Below, piece by piece: positions 1 through 11,800 of a DNA stretch of 64,000 bases. Both the position numbers and the translations under genes were made by a program. The notes under the pieces were generated by a model. That model ran no database searches. It was given only the letters and a program-made list of their open reading frames with translations, and was not told where the DNA came from. Source of the DNA: an uncultured delta proteobacterium. Its GTDB lineage: Bacteria > Desulfobacterota > Desulfomonilia > Desulfomonilales > Desulfomonilaceae. Where the stretch lies: NCBI GenBank assembly GCA_963789265.1, contig CAWBKB010000005.1, positions 320,001 through 384,000 of the forward strand. Direction: 5' to 3'. Positions within the stretch are counted from its first letter, which is position 1, and every line of letters starts with the position of its first letter.

Positions 1-1182
1 CATGCCGTCAAACTCCGCGGAATTTACCAGCTTCCCTTGATCTACATAGGCCTCAGTCAGCGTCGCGGCATTCAGTTTTTCTCCATCAGGTTGGATCACT
101 ACTATGATATCCAACCCGTAATTTTTCGCGAACTCGAAATCTCTTTGGTCATGCGCAGGCACCGCCATCACCGCGCCTGTTCCGTACTCGTAGAGCACAA
201 AGTTTGCCACGTAGACGGGCATTCTGCGGCCTGTAAGTGGATTGACACAAAAAGCCCCCGTAAATACACCTTTCTTTTCGGCCTCCTCGCCGACTCGGCT
301 CTGCCAGTCCTGTGTGAGAATTTTGTTGATGAAATCCTTAACGTGTTGCTCCTGAGCACTCCCTTTGGAGAGTTTCAGACAGAGAGGATGCTCAGGCGCC
401 AAACTCATGAACGTAGCCCCATAAAGGGTGTCAGGCCGAGTGGTAAAGACCTCGATAGGTTCTAGCCCGTTTTCGAGGTCAAAGAGAATGCTGGCGCCTT
501 CACTACGGCCGATCCAGTTGCGTTGCATGGTCAAGACTCTATCCGGCCAGCCGGTGAGTTTGTCGCACCATTCCAGCAGTTCCCCGGCGTACTGCGTAAT
601 CTTGAAAAACCATCCCTCTTGCTCTCTCTGAACCACGGGAGTTCCGCATCTCCAGCAGGCACCAGCCACAACCTGCTCATTGGCCAGGACGGTCCGACAC
701 GGTTCACAGTAGTTGACGATAGACTTTTTCCTGTAGACCAGCCCCTGCTCCAACATTCTTATGAAGAGCCACTGTTCCCATCGGTAATACTCCGGATGGC
801 TAGTTGCAATTTCTCTGTCCCAATCGTAGGAAAACCCCATTCTCTTCAATTGCTTACGCATATCGTCAATATTGTTCATAGTCCAGGTCGCAGGATGCGA
901 CCCGTGCCGTATGGCAGCATTTTCCGCAGGCATTCCAAAAGCATCCCAGCCCATGGGATGCAGCACATTGTAGCCTTGCATCATTTTGAATCGGGCCATT
1001 ACGTCGCCGATGGAGTAGTTTCGAGCGTGCCCCATGTGTATACGGCCCGAAGGATAGGGAAACATTTCGAGCAAGTAATATTTGGGCAGCGACGAATCGA
1101 TCTCGACTTTAAATAACTTCTCTTTTGCCCAGAATTGCTGCCATTTTCTTTCGATCACGTCCGGGTTGTATTTTCTGTCCAT
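1..1182 (-). CDS. leuS: Leucine--tRNA ligase, 5' part (runs off the left edge of the window)
   Basis: Manual minus-strand translation from ATG at 1182 (GAGGA RBS upstream) gives [18 protein letters not shown]...[23 protein letters not shown], the LeuRS N-terminus with the class I HMGH motif. It is missing from the ORF track because its stop lies outside the window. Confidence 0.96.
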   Translation of the reverse strand, partial: MDRKYNPDVIERKWQQFWAKEKLFKVEIDSSLPKYYLLEMFPYPSGRIHMGHARNYSIGDVMARFKMMQGYNVLHPMGWDAFGMPAENAAIRHGSHPATWTMNNIDDMRKQLKRMGFSYDWDREIATSHPEYYRWEQWLFIRMLEQGLVYRKKSIVNYCEPCRTVLANEQVVAGACWRCGTPVVQREQEGWFFKITQYAGELLEWCDKLTGWPDRVLTMQRNWIGRSEGASILFDLENGLEPIEVFTTRPDTLYGATFMSLAPEHPLCLKLSKGSAQEQHVKDFINKILTQDWQSRVGEEAEKKGVFTGAFCVNPLTGRRMPVYVANFVLYEYGTGAVMAVPAHDQRDFEFAKNYGLDIIVVIQPDGEKLNAATLTEAYVDQGKLVNSAEFDGM

Positions 1183-1410
1183 AGTTCCTCGGTTCCTCCG
1201 CTGCAGCCACACTGGTGGTCTGATCGAAATCTCATAACATACGGCCCTGGCATCTTCAACGGCTTTCGATCTTGACGCGCGGACAAGGCCGTTTTATTCT
1301 CAGCCGTTACGCTGGTCCGAGAAATGACTCGCCCAACATCGCGGCGGTGCATTACTCACTATGCCATCCTCAAGAAGGGGTCAAAAGCAGTAATCAATAG
1401 GGGAATACGC

Positions 1411-3042
1411 ATGAGTCAAGAATATTCGACAAGTCCTGATGGGGAGAGGTTCCTTCTTCCTTCTGAAGCGGACTATGAAATAGAATTACAACGACTGGAA
1501 AAAGTTGTCGAAATTAACAGGGCCAGGGGCCGGGAGATCGTGGTAGTCCTGGGAATGGGATTCGTGGGTGCGGTGATGGCGGCAGTGATAGCCGATTCGA
1601 CTGATGAGACCGGCAATTCGGGCAAGTTCGTTATCGGAGTCCAGAGGCCGAGTACTCGGAGCTACTGGAAGATTCTCCTCCTGAATCGTGGATTGGCCCC
1701 CATGAAATCCGAGGACCCGGAAGTTCCAGAAATTATCCACCGATGCGTCGTAGATAAGGAGACGCTGACAGCCTCTTACACGTACAAGGCACTGTCTCTT
1801 GCCGACGTCGTGGTCGTCGATGTCCAGTGCGACTACGTAAAGAAATCTTTAAAAGACGTAAGCACCGGCTACGTTCAGATGGAGGATCTAGAAAAAGCTC
1901 TCGAGATCACAGGAGAGCTAATTCAGCCCGAGGCGCTGGTGCTGATTGAAACAACCGTTCCGCCGGGCACCACTGAACAGGTGGCTTACCCCCTTATAAA
2001 GAAAGCCTTCCACAAACGCGGCATCGAATCGGAACCCTTAATTGCGCATAGCTACGAACGCGTCATGCCGGGGGCCAATTACGTGGCTTCTATCAGAAAT
2101 TTCTGGAGAGTGTGCAGCGGAATCAATCCGGCATCAAAGGAACGAGTAGTAAAATTTCTCAACGAGGTCATCGACACAAAGAACCACCCGCTTACCGTCC
2201 TGGATCGACCCATTGAATCCGAGACTGCGAAGATCGTGGAGAATAGCTACAGGGCCACAATTCTAGGTTTTCTCAACGAATGGAGCCTGTTCGCCGAGCG
2301 CAACGGGATAGATCTGATAAAGGTAATTGACGCCATCAAGGTCAGGCCCACCCACTCTAACATCATATTCCCCGGGCCTGGGATCGGCGGATACTGCCTC
2401 CCCAAGGATGGCGGACTGGCGGTATGGGCATACAAGCACCTGATGGGCTTCGAGGACGAATTATTCAAAATGACGCCGCTAGCGATAAATATTAATGATA
2501 CCAGATCGCTGCACGTGCCGGAACTTTGTAGGGACGCGCTGCGTAATATGGGTCGTTACATTGCAGCTTCCCGCGTGACTTTACTCGGGGCCTCCTACAG
2601 AGAGGATGTGGGCGACACCAGATATAGCGGGTCCGAAATCATCGTGCGCCGACTAGTGGAGATGGGAGCAGATGTGTGCGTTCACGATCCGTACGTCGAT
2701 CACTGGTGGGAGTTTGAGGTCCAGGACACCTATCCAGCCCCGGGAACAAGCAGGGCCCAGTTTTTCAGGGGACAGAAAAAGCTGACCTCGCTGTGCGTTG
2801 AGCCTGATCTGTGGCAAGCCCTTAAAGGTGCAGATGTGATGATACTGGCTGTGCGCCACAAACAATTCAAGGATCTCGACCCGGAGCAGGTTGTTCAAGC
2901 TGTTGGAGAGCCGCTGGCCGTCATAGATTGCTTCGGACTTCTCGACGATGTGAAGATAAAGCGTTACTTTGAGTTAGGGTGTGAAGTCAAAGGCCTTGGC
3001 CGCGGCCACATTAATCGGCTAAAAAAGTTGTACAAGAAATGA
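1411..3042 (+). CDS. Nucleotide-sugar dehydrogenase (UDP-glucose/GDP-mannose/UDP-N-acetylhexosamine dehydrogenase family)
   Basis: GMGFVG Rossmann motif, ETTVPPGTT, KIVENSYR and catalytic GPGIGGYCLPKD. Start placed at ATG 1411 (MSQEYS). Confidence 0.92.
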   Translation: MSQEYSTSPDGERFLLPSEADYEIELQRLEKVVEINRARGREIVVVLGMGFVGAVMAAVIADSTDETGNSGKFVIGVQRPSTRSYWKILLLNRGLAPMKSEDPEVPEIIHRCVVDKETLTASYTYKALSLADVVVVDVQCDYVKKSLKDVSTGYVQMEDLEKALEITGELIQPEALVLIETTVPPGTTEQVAYPLIKKAFHKRGIESEPLIAHSYERVMPGANYVASIRNFWRVCSGINPASKERVVKFLNEVIDTKNHPLTVLDRPIESETAKIVENSYRATILGFLNEWSLFAERNGIDLIKVIDAIKVRPTHSNIIFPGPGIGGYCLPKDGGLAVWAYKHLMGFEDELFKMTPLAININDTRSLHVPELCRDALRNMGRYIAASRVTLLGASYREDVGDTRYSGSEIIVRRLVEMGADVCVHDPYVDHWWEFEVQDTYPAPGTSRAQFFRGQKKLTSLCVEPDLWQALKGADVMILAVRHKQFKDLDPEQVVQAVGEPLAVIDCFGLLDDVKIKRYFELGCEVKGLGRGHINRLKKLYKK

Positions 3043-3098
3043 CGGGTGGCCCCCAGCGGCACGCGGGCGCCCTCACCAAATCGTTTCTTCCGCCACCA

Positions 3099-3906
3099 CT
3101 ATTGGGAATTGCAATATCGCTCTGCCGTTTCAGCTCTCAGCCTCAGCACCGGTTCCTGGAAAAGGGCGAACTTTAGCCATTGAAACGCGAATTCCAGAAG
3201 TTTGAAATCATTCTGACGCAGACTCTCCACGAGTTTCTTGATCAATGTCGAACTTCTGAAGAAAAGGGCTCTTGAAGATGAAATCACGAAATTTCTCGGT
3301 ATTGTAACATGCCATCGTGAACATCTGAATATGCTGAGGCCCGAAAGCAATTCCACGACGGCCGGCCCTGAGAACATGAAGCTCCATCAAGAGATCATTC
3401 AGCCTGTTGTATTCTTCCATCCCTTGGTCTGCAAGCCATCCCCCCACTGTCCACTGCCGGTTCTGCTCAAAACCTCGGCAGTGGTCTTCCCGAACAGAGA
3501 AGTAGAATTCTCTTGGTGCCCCGTCCATCGGATGCTTGGTTGCGGCCCGGCCTAGAGGATAAATCCTGCACGCGCCGGGACGATCTTCGTAAACAGAGCA
3601 ACCCTTCGGGGTAACGAACGGGCACCGGTTGCCATGCTCAGAGTCCATCTGCATCATAATCTCGGGGAACCCTTGGCCTGGGGCCCATCGCATAACTGAA
3701 TACGAATCCAAAAATTCCGAAGAGGGAATCTCGAGCCTTTTTCTGAGCCGCAGAACATCGTAGGGCGTAAGTAACAGGTCCAATCTTTGACAGCATTCGG
3801 TGAAGCAAGGAACTTCCGGACCGCAAGCGAATTCAAACCTATCATCAAGGGATAACTTGGTGTCCACGTCCACAATCGGTCCGACTCCTCGCGCAAGGTT
3901 TCCCAT
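3099..3906 (-). CDS. YkgJ-family cysteine-cluster (Zn/Fe-chelating) protein, one frameshift near 3238
   Basis: CFTECC, CPF...GCSVYEDRPGACRIYP and HCRG motifs. The C-terminus continues in the 3099..3377 frame (KLVESLRQNDFKLLEFAFQWLKFALF). Confidence 0.85.
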
Positions 3907-4008
3907 TAATTACGCTCCTATTTCGTTCATAGAAAATGCTGAAAGCTGCGACCTACTTCGTGTTCCACGGCCTTGCAACCTTGGAAACTGAAAGGAGGCA
4001 TAGTGCTG

Positions 4009-4563
4009 TTAATCGCGGGATCGGCTGCCGAGAAAACGCGCGAAGTCCAACAAGCCGGGGAAAAACATATCTGCGTCTTCATGTTCTTCCGGACCTACAC
4101 AGACGGTTTGTACTCCGGCTCCGCGTCCCGCGCAAACATCCGATGGGGAATCTCCCACCATATACGAGGCCGCGAGATCAATGTTCAGATCTCGACTTGC
4201 TGCCAGGATCATACCCGGTTCGGGCTTTCGACAAGCGCAATATTCGAATTCCTCGTGGGGGCAATGGTAAATCGCATCCAGGGCTGTACACTGTTTTCGC
4301 AACTCGTCCTGCATGTATTCATGCACCTCCTCGAGGTCCCGGTCGGTCATGAATCCTCGTGCTATACCTCTCTGATTGGTTATCAAGACCAGTAGAAATC
4401 CTAGCTGCTTGAGTGTGGACAAGGCTTCCAGGACCCCCGGAAGGAAGTGAAATTCCGAGATTTTCGTTATGTAAGGCTTTTCCGGTAACTTGCGGTTGAT
4501 GACACCATCACGGTCAAGGAACACCGCTTTCTGAGGCTTTGGCAAATCAGCAATCTGTTTCAT
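4009..4563 (-). CDS. gmhB: D-glycero-D-manno-heptose 1,7-bisphosphate phosphatase (HAD family)
   Basis: FLDRDGVIN, ITNQRG, CPH..CACRKP and MVGDS motifs. Start placed at MKQIADL. Confidence 0.88.
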   Translation of the reverse strand: MKQIADLPKPQKAVFLDRDGVINRKLPEKPYITKISEFHFLPGVLEALSTLKQLGFLLVLITNQRGIARGFMTDRDLEEVHEYMQDELRKQCTALDAIYHCPHEEFEYCACRKPEPGMILAASRDLNIDLAASYMVGDSPSDVCAGRGAGVQTVCVGPEEHEDADMFFPGLLDFARFLGSRSRD

Positions 4564-5062
4564 GGGATTTCCGTTCGGGTGCCCCGATTTGCCGCGGGCA
4601 GTCGTACTGTTTCCGGTTTTCACGACAGGATCATAGAGGTCGCCGACGCTCAGGTCAAGCGCTGCATGCGAGTTTCCGCACCCGGCGAAGTTCTTCAGAC
4701 GCCACATGAACTGCGTTGAGAACCGCGCTGGGCACCCGGGCACGGAATTCTGAGCCAGTTACAAAAAGGCCGCAGAGACCTAATTTCGATGGAATTCATA
4801 ATGGGATTGACTGCCGTTTCTCCCTGGCGCATTTCGCTGAACCCTTTGCAAACCCGCGTGGCAACAGACGAAAGCCGAATCCAAGATTCCGCTCAACCCT
4901 TGTGCCAGCTATTAGAGATACTCATAAGAAATTAGATCAGGTTTATTAACAACTTAAAACTATCTCAGGACGCATCTTCAATGTTTTTGAAGAATTTACT
5001 TGACATAATGTCGATATTGAATAATTACGTCGTCCCAGGACATTCGATCAAGGAGGGAGGGT

Positions 5063-6206
5063 ATGGTGATAATAAAGCCCTTTAAGGTATTGGTTTGTCT
5101 TGCGATTATCTTAACGTTCACCAGCAACCCAAGAGGATGGGGGTATAGCAGCCCTGACCTTTCAGGCGGCGTCCAAGGCGATGCTTTGTCTGCTGAACCT
5201 GCTCCGCCGCCCAGTCGGCAATACCGTTCTCCATCCACGCCAGTGGTTCATTCACATAGCACTCACCGCGCAGTGAGGCGGACGACGCGTCATCGAGTGA
5301 TCGAGTCCGCCCCGGTTTATAGATCTCAACAAGTGGTCTCTACTGCTCCGCCGAGCTACCCACTGCCGCGGCCAACTTCTACTCCCCCGATGTACCAGGG
5401 ATATGGCTTGTTTCAACAGGGTGTACCCCTTGGACCAACTGCCTGTCGCCCCCGCGGACCTACTATGTTCCTGCCAAGGATCGGCTGTAAGCAGTTCCAG
5501 CTCGATGCGGCACTCTGGTATGCGCACCTTGACGGGAGCAGCATCATCTACGGCACAGACTTTCTGGGCCTGCCGGGAACGGAGCTTGATCTTCACAACA
5601 ACCTCGGTCTAAGCGCTCATCAGTACATACCTGAATATTCAGCAAGATGTCAGCTTCGGCCCAACTGGGGCATTGAATTCTCGTTCATGCCGATTCGGTT
5701 CAGGGACAATTCTACCCCGGTTAACCCATTCTTCTTCGGTTACGCCTTATATCCTGCATTTGATCCGATTCTGACCCAATGGGATAGGTACATATACCGC
5801 TGGGACGTGATTTATAACTGGTTCCAGGCTTGCCATGCGGTTTCCGGCATATTCGCCGGGTACAGCCTATACGATGACAAGCTGACGGTGAGTGACGACT
5901 TTCAGAGCCGTAGTCGATCAACGGGCTTCGGATTGGCGTACACGGGCATGAGCATCGAGAGAGTCATACGCAATTTCTGTGGAGGGACTGCATCTTGCAA
6001 TTGCAGGTGGTCTGTGCAGTTTCTCGAGGGATACTTCGGTTGGGACGGCTATTGTGCCGGACGGCTGGCCGTACCAATGCAGAAAGGGCGCTTCGGTTAC
6101 ATCGAGGCAGGTTGGAGATGGATCGTCCTTCGAGCGCGACTATCCGTCCAACGAGGACAAGACCAGTCTGGACGGACTCATCGGAAGGGTAGGACTTGTC
6201 TTCTGA
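5063..6206 (+). CDS. Exported protein with a Pro-rich linker and probable outer-membrane beta-barrel C-terminus; frameshift near 6130
   Basis: Signal-peptide-like N-terminus, AAGGAGGG RBS and aromatic beta-strand pattern. The alternative frame ends ERDYPSNEDKTSLDGLIGRVGLVF with a terminal Phe. Confidence 0.6.
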
Positions 6207-6276
6207 GCATCTGAGCTCTAATGGATGCCGAGGAGACCGGAGGTTGGGGAATACTACGAGAATGAAGGGAAGGGGC

Positions 6277-6395
6277 CGGCTGTCGCTTCAGGTTTCCGGT
6301 GGATTCCGGCGGACGCACTCCTTCTAACGGTTGAATGTCCAGCAACCCGCGGCAACAGGTAATCCCTGGAATCCGCACCGAAACCGGCGACACCG
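6277..6395. ncRNA. Candidate structured RNA or palindromic element (long stem closing a three-way junction)
   Basis: TGTCGC/GCGACA, GGTTTC/GAAACC and GGATTCC/GGAATCC pairings enclose two short hairpins that pair better (G-U) on the minus strand. No family recognised. Confidence 0.35.
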
Positions 6396-6400
6396 TGAAA

Positions 6401-6427
6401 GAGCCCGGCCAAGAGGCCGGGCTTCTT
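6401..6427. terminator. GC-rich hairpin, possibly a bidirectional intrinsic terminator
   Basis: GAGCCCGGCC-AAGA-GGCCGGGCTT with short A/T runs on either side. Confidence 0.6.
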
Positions 6428-6486
6428 AATTCGAGGCTACAATGTCAAATGGAAACGTGTGGTACAACATCTTCGCGGCATTTCAC

Positions 6487-6515
6487 TTGACACTTGCCAG
6501 ACTGAATGGTAGAAA
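6487..6515 (+). promoter_or_regulatory. Sigma70-type promoter of rplM-rpsI
   Basis: TTGACA-N17-TAGAAA with a TG extended -10, about 30 bp upstream of rplM. Confidence 0.65.
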
Positions 6516-6545
6516 AAATAGTTTACATGCGTGGAGAGGTGTTCC

Positions 6546-6974
6546 ATGAAAACCTGGACCCCTAAAAAAGGGGAAGTCGAACGAAAATGGTTCGTCATAG
6601 ACGCCAAGGATAAAGTCCTGGGGCGGGTTGCCGCTGAAATCGCTCGAATCCTGAGGGGGAAGCACAAGCCTCAATTCGCCCCCCATATGGACACCGGCGA
6701 TTTTGTAATCATTGTAAATGCATCCAAAGTGCGTCTCACAGGCAAGAAGCTCCAGCAGAAGACCTACTACCGCCACAGTGGATATCCAGGGGGACTTAGG
6801 TCCACCAGTGCTGAAAAACTGCTCAAGGAAAAACCTGAAAGAGTCTTTCGCCTGGCAGTGAGGGGCATGCTGCCGAAGAATACTCTCGGGCGGGCTCAAT
6901 TGACCAAATTGAAGGTTTATCCGGATGAATCACATCCGCATTCCGCTCAAAAGCCCGCGCCTTATCAGCTTTAG
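6546..6974 (+). CDS. rplM: 50S ribosomal protein L13
   Basis: MKTWTPK...RKWFVIDA...[17 protein letters not shown]...[19 protein letters not shown]. Confidence 0.98.
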   Translation: MKTWTPKKGEVERKWFVIDAKDKVLGRVAAEIARILRGKHKPQFAPHMDTGDFVIIVNASKVRLTGKKLQQKTYYRHSGYPGGLRSTSAEKLLKEKPERVFRLAVRGMLPKNTLGRAQLTKLKVYPDESHPHSAQKPAPYQL

Positions 6975-6989
6975 TTCCGGAGAAGCAAC

Positions 6990-7382
6990 ATGAGTGACGA
7001 TCGCCACTATGCGACAGGGAAAAGAAAAAACGCGATAGCCAGGGTATGGCTGACGGCCGGCTCGGGTAAAATCGTAGTAAACCAGCGTCCCTTGGATGAT
7101 TATTTCGGCCGTCAAACCTCCAGAATGGTCCTTTTGCAGCCGTTCGAACTGACCCAGACACTCGGGCACTTCGATATTATAGCCACTGTTCGTGGCGGCG
7201 GCCTCTCAGGTCAAGCGGGGGCAATTAAGCACGGCATCAGCAAAGCCCTGCTCGATGTGGATCCCGCTTTCCGTTCAATCCTGAAAAGCGCCGGGTTTCT
7301 CACCCGAGATTCCCGTATCAAGGAACGCAAGAAATATGGGAGACGCGGTGCACGGGCAAGCTTCCAGTTTTCAAAGCGCTGA
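6990..7382 (+). CDS. rpsI: 30S ribosomal protein S9
   Basis: [28 protein letters not shown] and [19 protein letters not shown]; directly follows rplM. Confidence 0.98.
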   Translation: MSDDRHYATGKRKNAIARVWLTAGSGKIVVNQRPLDDYFGRQTSRMVLLQPFELTQTLGHFDIIATVRGGGLSGQAGAIKHGISKALLDVDPAFRSILKSAGFLTRDSRIKERKKYGRRGARASFQFSKR

Positions 7383-7420
7383 TACCCTCCGAAATCCGTC
7401 CTGTTCATCATGCATATATC

Positions 7421-7449
7421 GGGGCCCCGGTTTCGCCGGGGTCTCTTCC
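7421..7449 (+). terminator. Putative terminator hairpin after rpsI
   Basis: GGGGCCCCGG-TTTCG-CCGGGGTCTC followed by only a weak T tract. Confidence 0.45.
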
Positions 7450-7534
7450 GCTGACACAGCAGTCGAATTTATTATGCCGTTAGCGCCGGAAATCCTTTTT
7501 CCCCATTCGCCGTAACCCTTGACCGCATGACCGA

Positions 7535-8323
7535 TTACTGACGCGCGTCGAGCGAGATGCCACGGAACTCGGTTATGATTGCTTCCATAACCGGTCCCGC
7601 TTTTCCTCTGATTATGACATTCATGAGCCGATCGTAAGGGGTCTCGGACAGATTTATCAGGATTAGGTCCGCCCCACCTCGTTTCGCTTCAACGGGCAAC
7701 GAAGCTGCCGGCTGGACCACCAGAGAAGATCCTATAGTGAAGAAGAGGTCGCAGTTGCGAGCTAAAATAAACGATCTCTCCAGAATATCCGCAGGCAGCG
7801 ATTGTCCGAAAGCGATGGTCGCGCACTTTAGCGGCCCGCCGCAGTGCTTGCAATAAGCGACTTCAATCCCTTCCCGATCCATCTCTTCGGTGATTTCCTC
7901 CCGCGGCCATCGAGCATGGCAGTCCAGGCAAGTGATCTCCCGCACCGTGCCGTGAAGCTCGTAAACCTTCTCCGCCGAACTACCCGCTTTCTGATGGAGG
8001 CTGTCAATGTTCTGTGTGACGATGGCTGAAAGACGGCCGCTTTTTTCAATTTCCACTACAGCTTTGTGCGCGGAATTTGGAATCGCATCTCTCATGGCGG
8101 GATATCTGGCACGGTCATAATCCCAGTAAATTTTACGATACTTTTCGTTCGAGCGGAATTTTTGGTAGGTCAAATCGTCAGCATTGTATTGAGACCAGAT
8201 CCCCCCAGGTGATCTGAAATCCGGAACCCCCGACTCCGTGGACATCCCTGCTCCTGTGAAGACAACAATCTTCTTTGCTCCGTATATCAGTCGTGCGGCG
8301 GTCTTTATGCCTTCGTCGGCCAT
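7535..8323 (-). CDS. cobB: NAD-dependent protein deacylase (Sir2/CobB family)
   Basis: GAGMSTESGVPDFRS, TQNIDSLH, ELHG, CLDC/CKHC zinc ribbon and GSSLVVQPAA. Confidence 0.9.
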   Translation of the reverse strand: MADEGIKTAARLIYGAKKIVVFTGAGMSTESGVPDFRSPGGIWSQYNADDLTYQKFRSNEKYRKIYWDYDRARYPAMRDAIPNSAHKAVVEIEKSGRLSAIVTQNIDSLHQKAGSSAEKVYELHGTVREITCLDCHARWPREEITEEMDREGIEVAYCKHCGGPLKCATIAFGQSLPADILERSFILARNCDLFFTIGSSLVVQPAASLPVEAKRGGADLILINLSETPYDRLMNVIIRGKAGPVMEAIITEFRGISLDARQ

Positions 8324-8411
8324 CGTAATCATATCCAAATGTCCGCTGGGCTTGGCGCCTCTCAAAGTAACCCGACCCTATTGCTCGCAAAATGGTTTAC
8401 CTATTCAAACC

Positions 8412-8696
8412 CTAGTGGAGTGGGAACATGTATCGCCTTCCCTCCTGCTTCTTCCGAGGAGGAACCCTACAGTTAGCTCTTCTCATCTCTATTTGAAGCG
8501 CCACAATCTTGTCCAATATTTCCACGAGCCCGTCAAAGGTTATACCACCCGACTTGTCAGAAGCGCTGTTTGCATAGGTTTTATATTCGAGCCTGAGTTC
8601 GGCCAATTCCTTATTGAACTGAATGCAACTCTTCGCGTCCGCGGCAGGGGAAAAGAAAAGAATAATCGGTACCAACGCCGCTGCAATCTTTATCAT
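8412..8696 (-). CDS. Small exported hypothetical protein with two Cys
   Basis: Signal peptide ending ADA-K, helical mature part, GAGGA RBS. Confidence 0.6.
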   Translation of the reverse strand: MIKIAAALVPIILFFSPAADAKSCIQFNKELAELRLEYKTYANSASDKSGGITFDGLVEILDKIVALQIEMRRANCRVPPRKKQEGRRYMFPLH

Positions 8697-8843
8697 CGTT
8701 TCCTCAAATCAGCACAGGTTCAGAAACCGACTCTCAGAAGCATGTTAGATTTTCAGCCTGCACAGCACAATACCCCTGGAAGCAATTGGCGACGTTTTGC
8801 CCGGCTCAAGAAGAATATGCTTTTCGCAGTTTTCGTATTGTAA

Positions 8844-11800
8844 TTAAAAATGTAGCAGTTTCTTCCACGCGGACGGAGTCTTGATGCCCGGGTCGTCTGT
8901 GTCACTTTTGCCGGCATTAAGATCTGTACCTTACTTTCCAATTTCCCATGAGGATGAAAGGCCCCCAATAAAAGGGATGGCTCGTGCTCGGATCCTTCAG
9001 AAGGGTAAGCTTGGCTTGGCGCAACGCTTCAGCCTTGGAGCCTTTCTTGAGATTGCGGTACATTTCTATAAACAGCCGTGCCGTGCTTTCGTCGTTCACC
9101 TGCCATGTGCTCAGGATTACCGCATCGGTTCCTGCGAAGAGAAACGCTCGGGAAAGGCTGAGTAGGCCGTTGGCCTCACCGGGGTTCCACTTTCCCGGAG
9201 ACAGGCAAGAGGAAACCACCACAAGATCGGAATTGAGCTTGAGGCCAAAGACTTCTCCAAGTTGGAGGAAACCGTCATTTTCTCTGTCACCGAAAAGCGA
9301 AAAAACTATCGCCGGCTGCTGCTGCAATCTACCTACTCCGCTGAGAAGCAAACCGTGGGTGGCGAGATGAATGTATTTGTAGCGACTCAGGTCGGCCTTC
9401 TTGAAGAGCGTTTCAGTGGCTTGGGCCCCGAGGTACGTCTGCGTAGGCCCCCCGATTATCTTCACAATTTCGGAGATCTCCCGGCGAGCCCCTGGCAACG
9501 GCTTTAGTTCCGATCCTCTTGATCCGGAAGAATCACCGGCCAGCGAACTTATTAGCTTCTCGGCACCGGGGTTGAGCTTCCGCTTCTTTTCTTCATCCCG
9601 ATAAATCGCATCTCCAAAAGCTACCAGATTCCAGCCGGGAACACGGTCACTCTTTCTTGCTCGAAGGCTGGAGAGCACGGAGACGGAAGGGGCATAAGCG
9701 AATGCATACTTCTCCAACAAATACGACGGGGGGTCCTTTGCGGACCAGAATCGTTTGTCCGCATGTTCCTTCGAGTCAACGAGGATTTCAAAGGGGAGTG
9801 CGGCAAGCGGTCCGTGCGGAATCACCACTACGGTTTTCTTTCCGGCAAGGAAATATTCTAGCGGTTTGATCAAGTAGAAGTAGAGACGATACGCGATCGA
9901 AGGGTCCCAGTTGCTTTGCGTATCAGCGTGGCGCAAGGGTCTCGTTAGAAGGTCGATATCCCTTTCCAAGTCCTTGCTGGAATATTCCACGGAATAGGTG
10001 TGGAACCGGTGCTTATCCAGGGCAAATATGTACGTTTCTGCTTCTGGTTACCATGAACTCCAAGATTGCTTCGTCGGGATCAATCACGTCCTTCTGGAGC
10101 TGGTGAACGGAGAGTGGCCTTGGATACCGCATCTCCGCATACGCGGGATATTCTTTGATTAGACGCTCTTTCAGGCTCGCGAATGCTCTTTCTTTGGCCC
10201 GACGCTCGTCGAGCAGCTTCTGGATTTGTGACTGCTCGGGCTTTCCGTTGGATAGTACCTCTGCGAAGCGCGCGTTGAGTTTTCGCAAACTAAGCCTCAG
10301 GCTTTTCTCTTTCACGAGCAAATCTTGGGGTAAGTCTGAAAAACGGTCCACATTGATGCGCGATAAGGTGTTCTCGAATTCCGCGGCCTTCAACTTTTCT
10401 ACGATTCTCAGCGCCTGATTGTCATACGCGCCTTCTGGATCTTTTTTCGCGAGAATCATCAGTACGCGCAAGGTGGTCTCAAAAAGAGCTGTTTTGCCCC
10501 CAAAGATAAAGTTGTCCTCGTCGGACTCTTCGATTATGTCAGCCTCCATGGCTTCAAGAATGGTGATGGCCTTCTTGTATGCCTCAAGCGCTTCGCCGTA
10601 GCTCCGCTTGCCTTCAAGAGCCCTACCCATGATAAAGTACGCTTTCCACAGCATGCTGCGATCTTCGGATGCATGGGCTATCTCGAAAGCCTTTTTAAGG
10701 TCCCCGACAGCTTCTTCAAAATTCCCGAGAATGGAAGTTACCAGAGCGATCTGGAGCAGATTTTCATCAACCCCTCGTTGATCGCCGAGTTTCGTTCGCA
10801 ATTCTTGAGCGCTGCTGTAGTGATCGAGTGCAATGCGCGGTCGTCCAAGAATTTGGTAGGAGGTTCCCATACGAGTCAGTACCGCGTGCTTCGGCGCGCT
10901 CATCCTTGGTTTCCCGCGCGAGGTTCAACGCTTTCGTCTGATATTTGAGTGCGCCTTCGACGTCCCCCAATTTGGTTAGGATGTCGCCCAAGCGGACCAA
11001 TTCACGCTTTTGCATTTTGAGATTGTTCGCGTCAGAGTCAACCCTCAGAGCGTCTTCAATGAACTCCTTAGCTTTGGCGTATTCGTCCATTTGGCAATAA
11101 ACATTGCCGATACGCGCATAAATGCGCCCAAGGGCAGCGTCGTTTCCGGGTACTTGAGCCATGGCCAGGGACTTGTAATAATACTCCAGCGCGCGCTCTA
11201 GGTCCCGGAAGCCCTCGTAAATTTCGCCGAGGTAGAACTCGAGGTCTCGGGATTGGGAAGGGGGGACGCCAAGTTCCGATCTTAGGTCCAGGGCTTCGTG
11301 GAGGCTGTGAAGGGCATTTTCATAATCTTCGGTCTTGACCTGGATCACTCCGATGCCGCCCAGCGCCCATAGTTCCCCCTTTCGATCGCCTTGCTCCTTC
11401 ATGGCGGCCAACGTCTCTCGAAGCAGAGAAAGGGCCTTGCTGTACTGCCCGGAATCCTCAAGGACAGACGCCATTTTCAAATGAATGGAAGAAACTAATT
11501 TGGCGTCTTCAATTTGGCGGCCCATATCCAGCGCTTGCTTTAGCAGTGACAAGGCCTTGGGAGAGTTCCCTTTTGCCCGCTGAAGCATCGCGAGTTCTGC
11601 CAGAATCGCCACATCACCACGTGGGTTTCGGATCCGTTTGTTCGCCTTTTCAGCTTCTCCAAGGGTCTCTGTGGCATTCTGCAGATCGCCCCTGGCCAGG
11701 TACAGTCTTCCCATGCTCACCAGATCGGTAGCCGTACCGCGGCTGTCCTGGATTTCACGGTGCAATTTGAGCGCATTGGTTAATTTCTCCAGGGCCGCGC

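Noticed and set aside
37..1116. Plus-strand ORFs 37..465 and 523..1116
   Set aside because: Antisense shadows of leuS on the minus strand.
4845..4910. c-di-GMP-I riboswitch-like words (GCAAACC...GACGAAAGCC)
   Set aside because: The required stems do not pair; the resemblance is only at word level.
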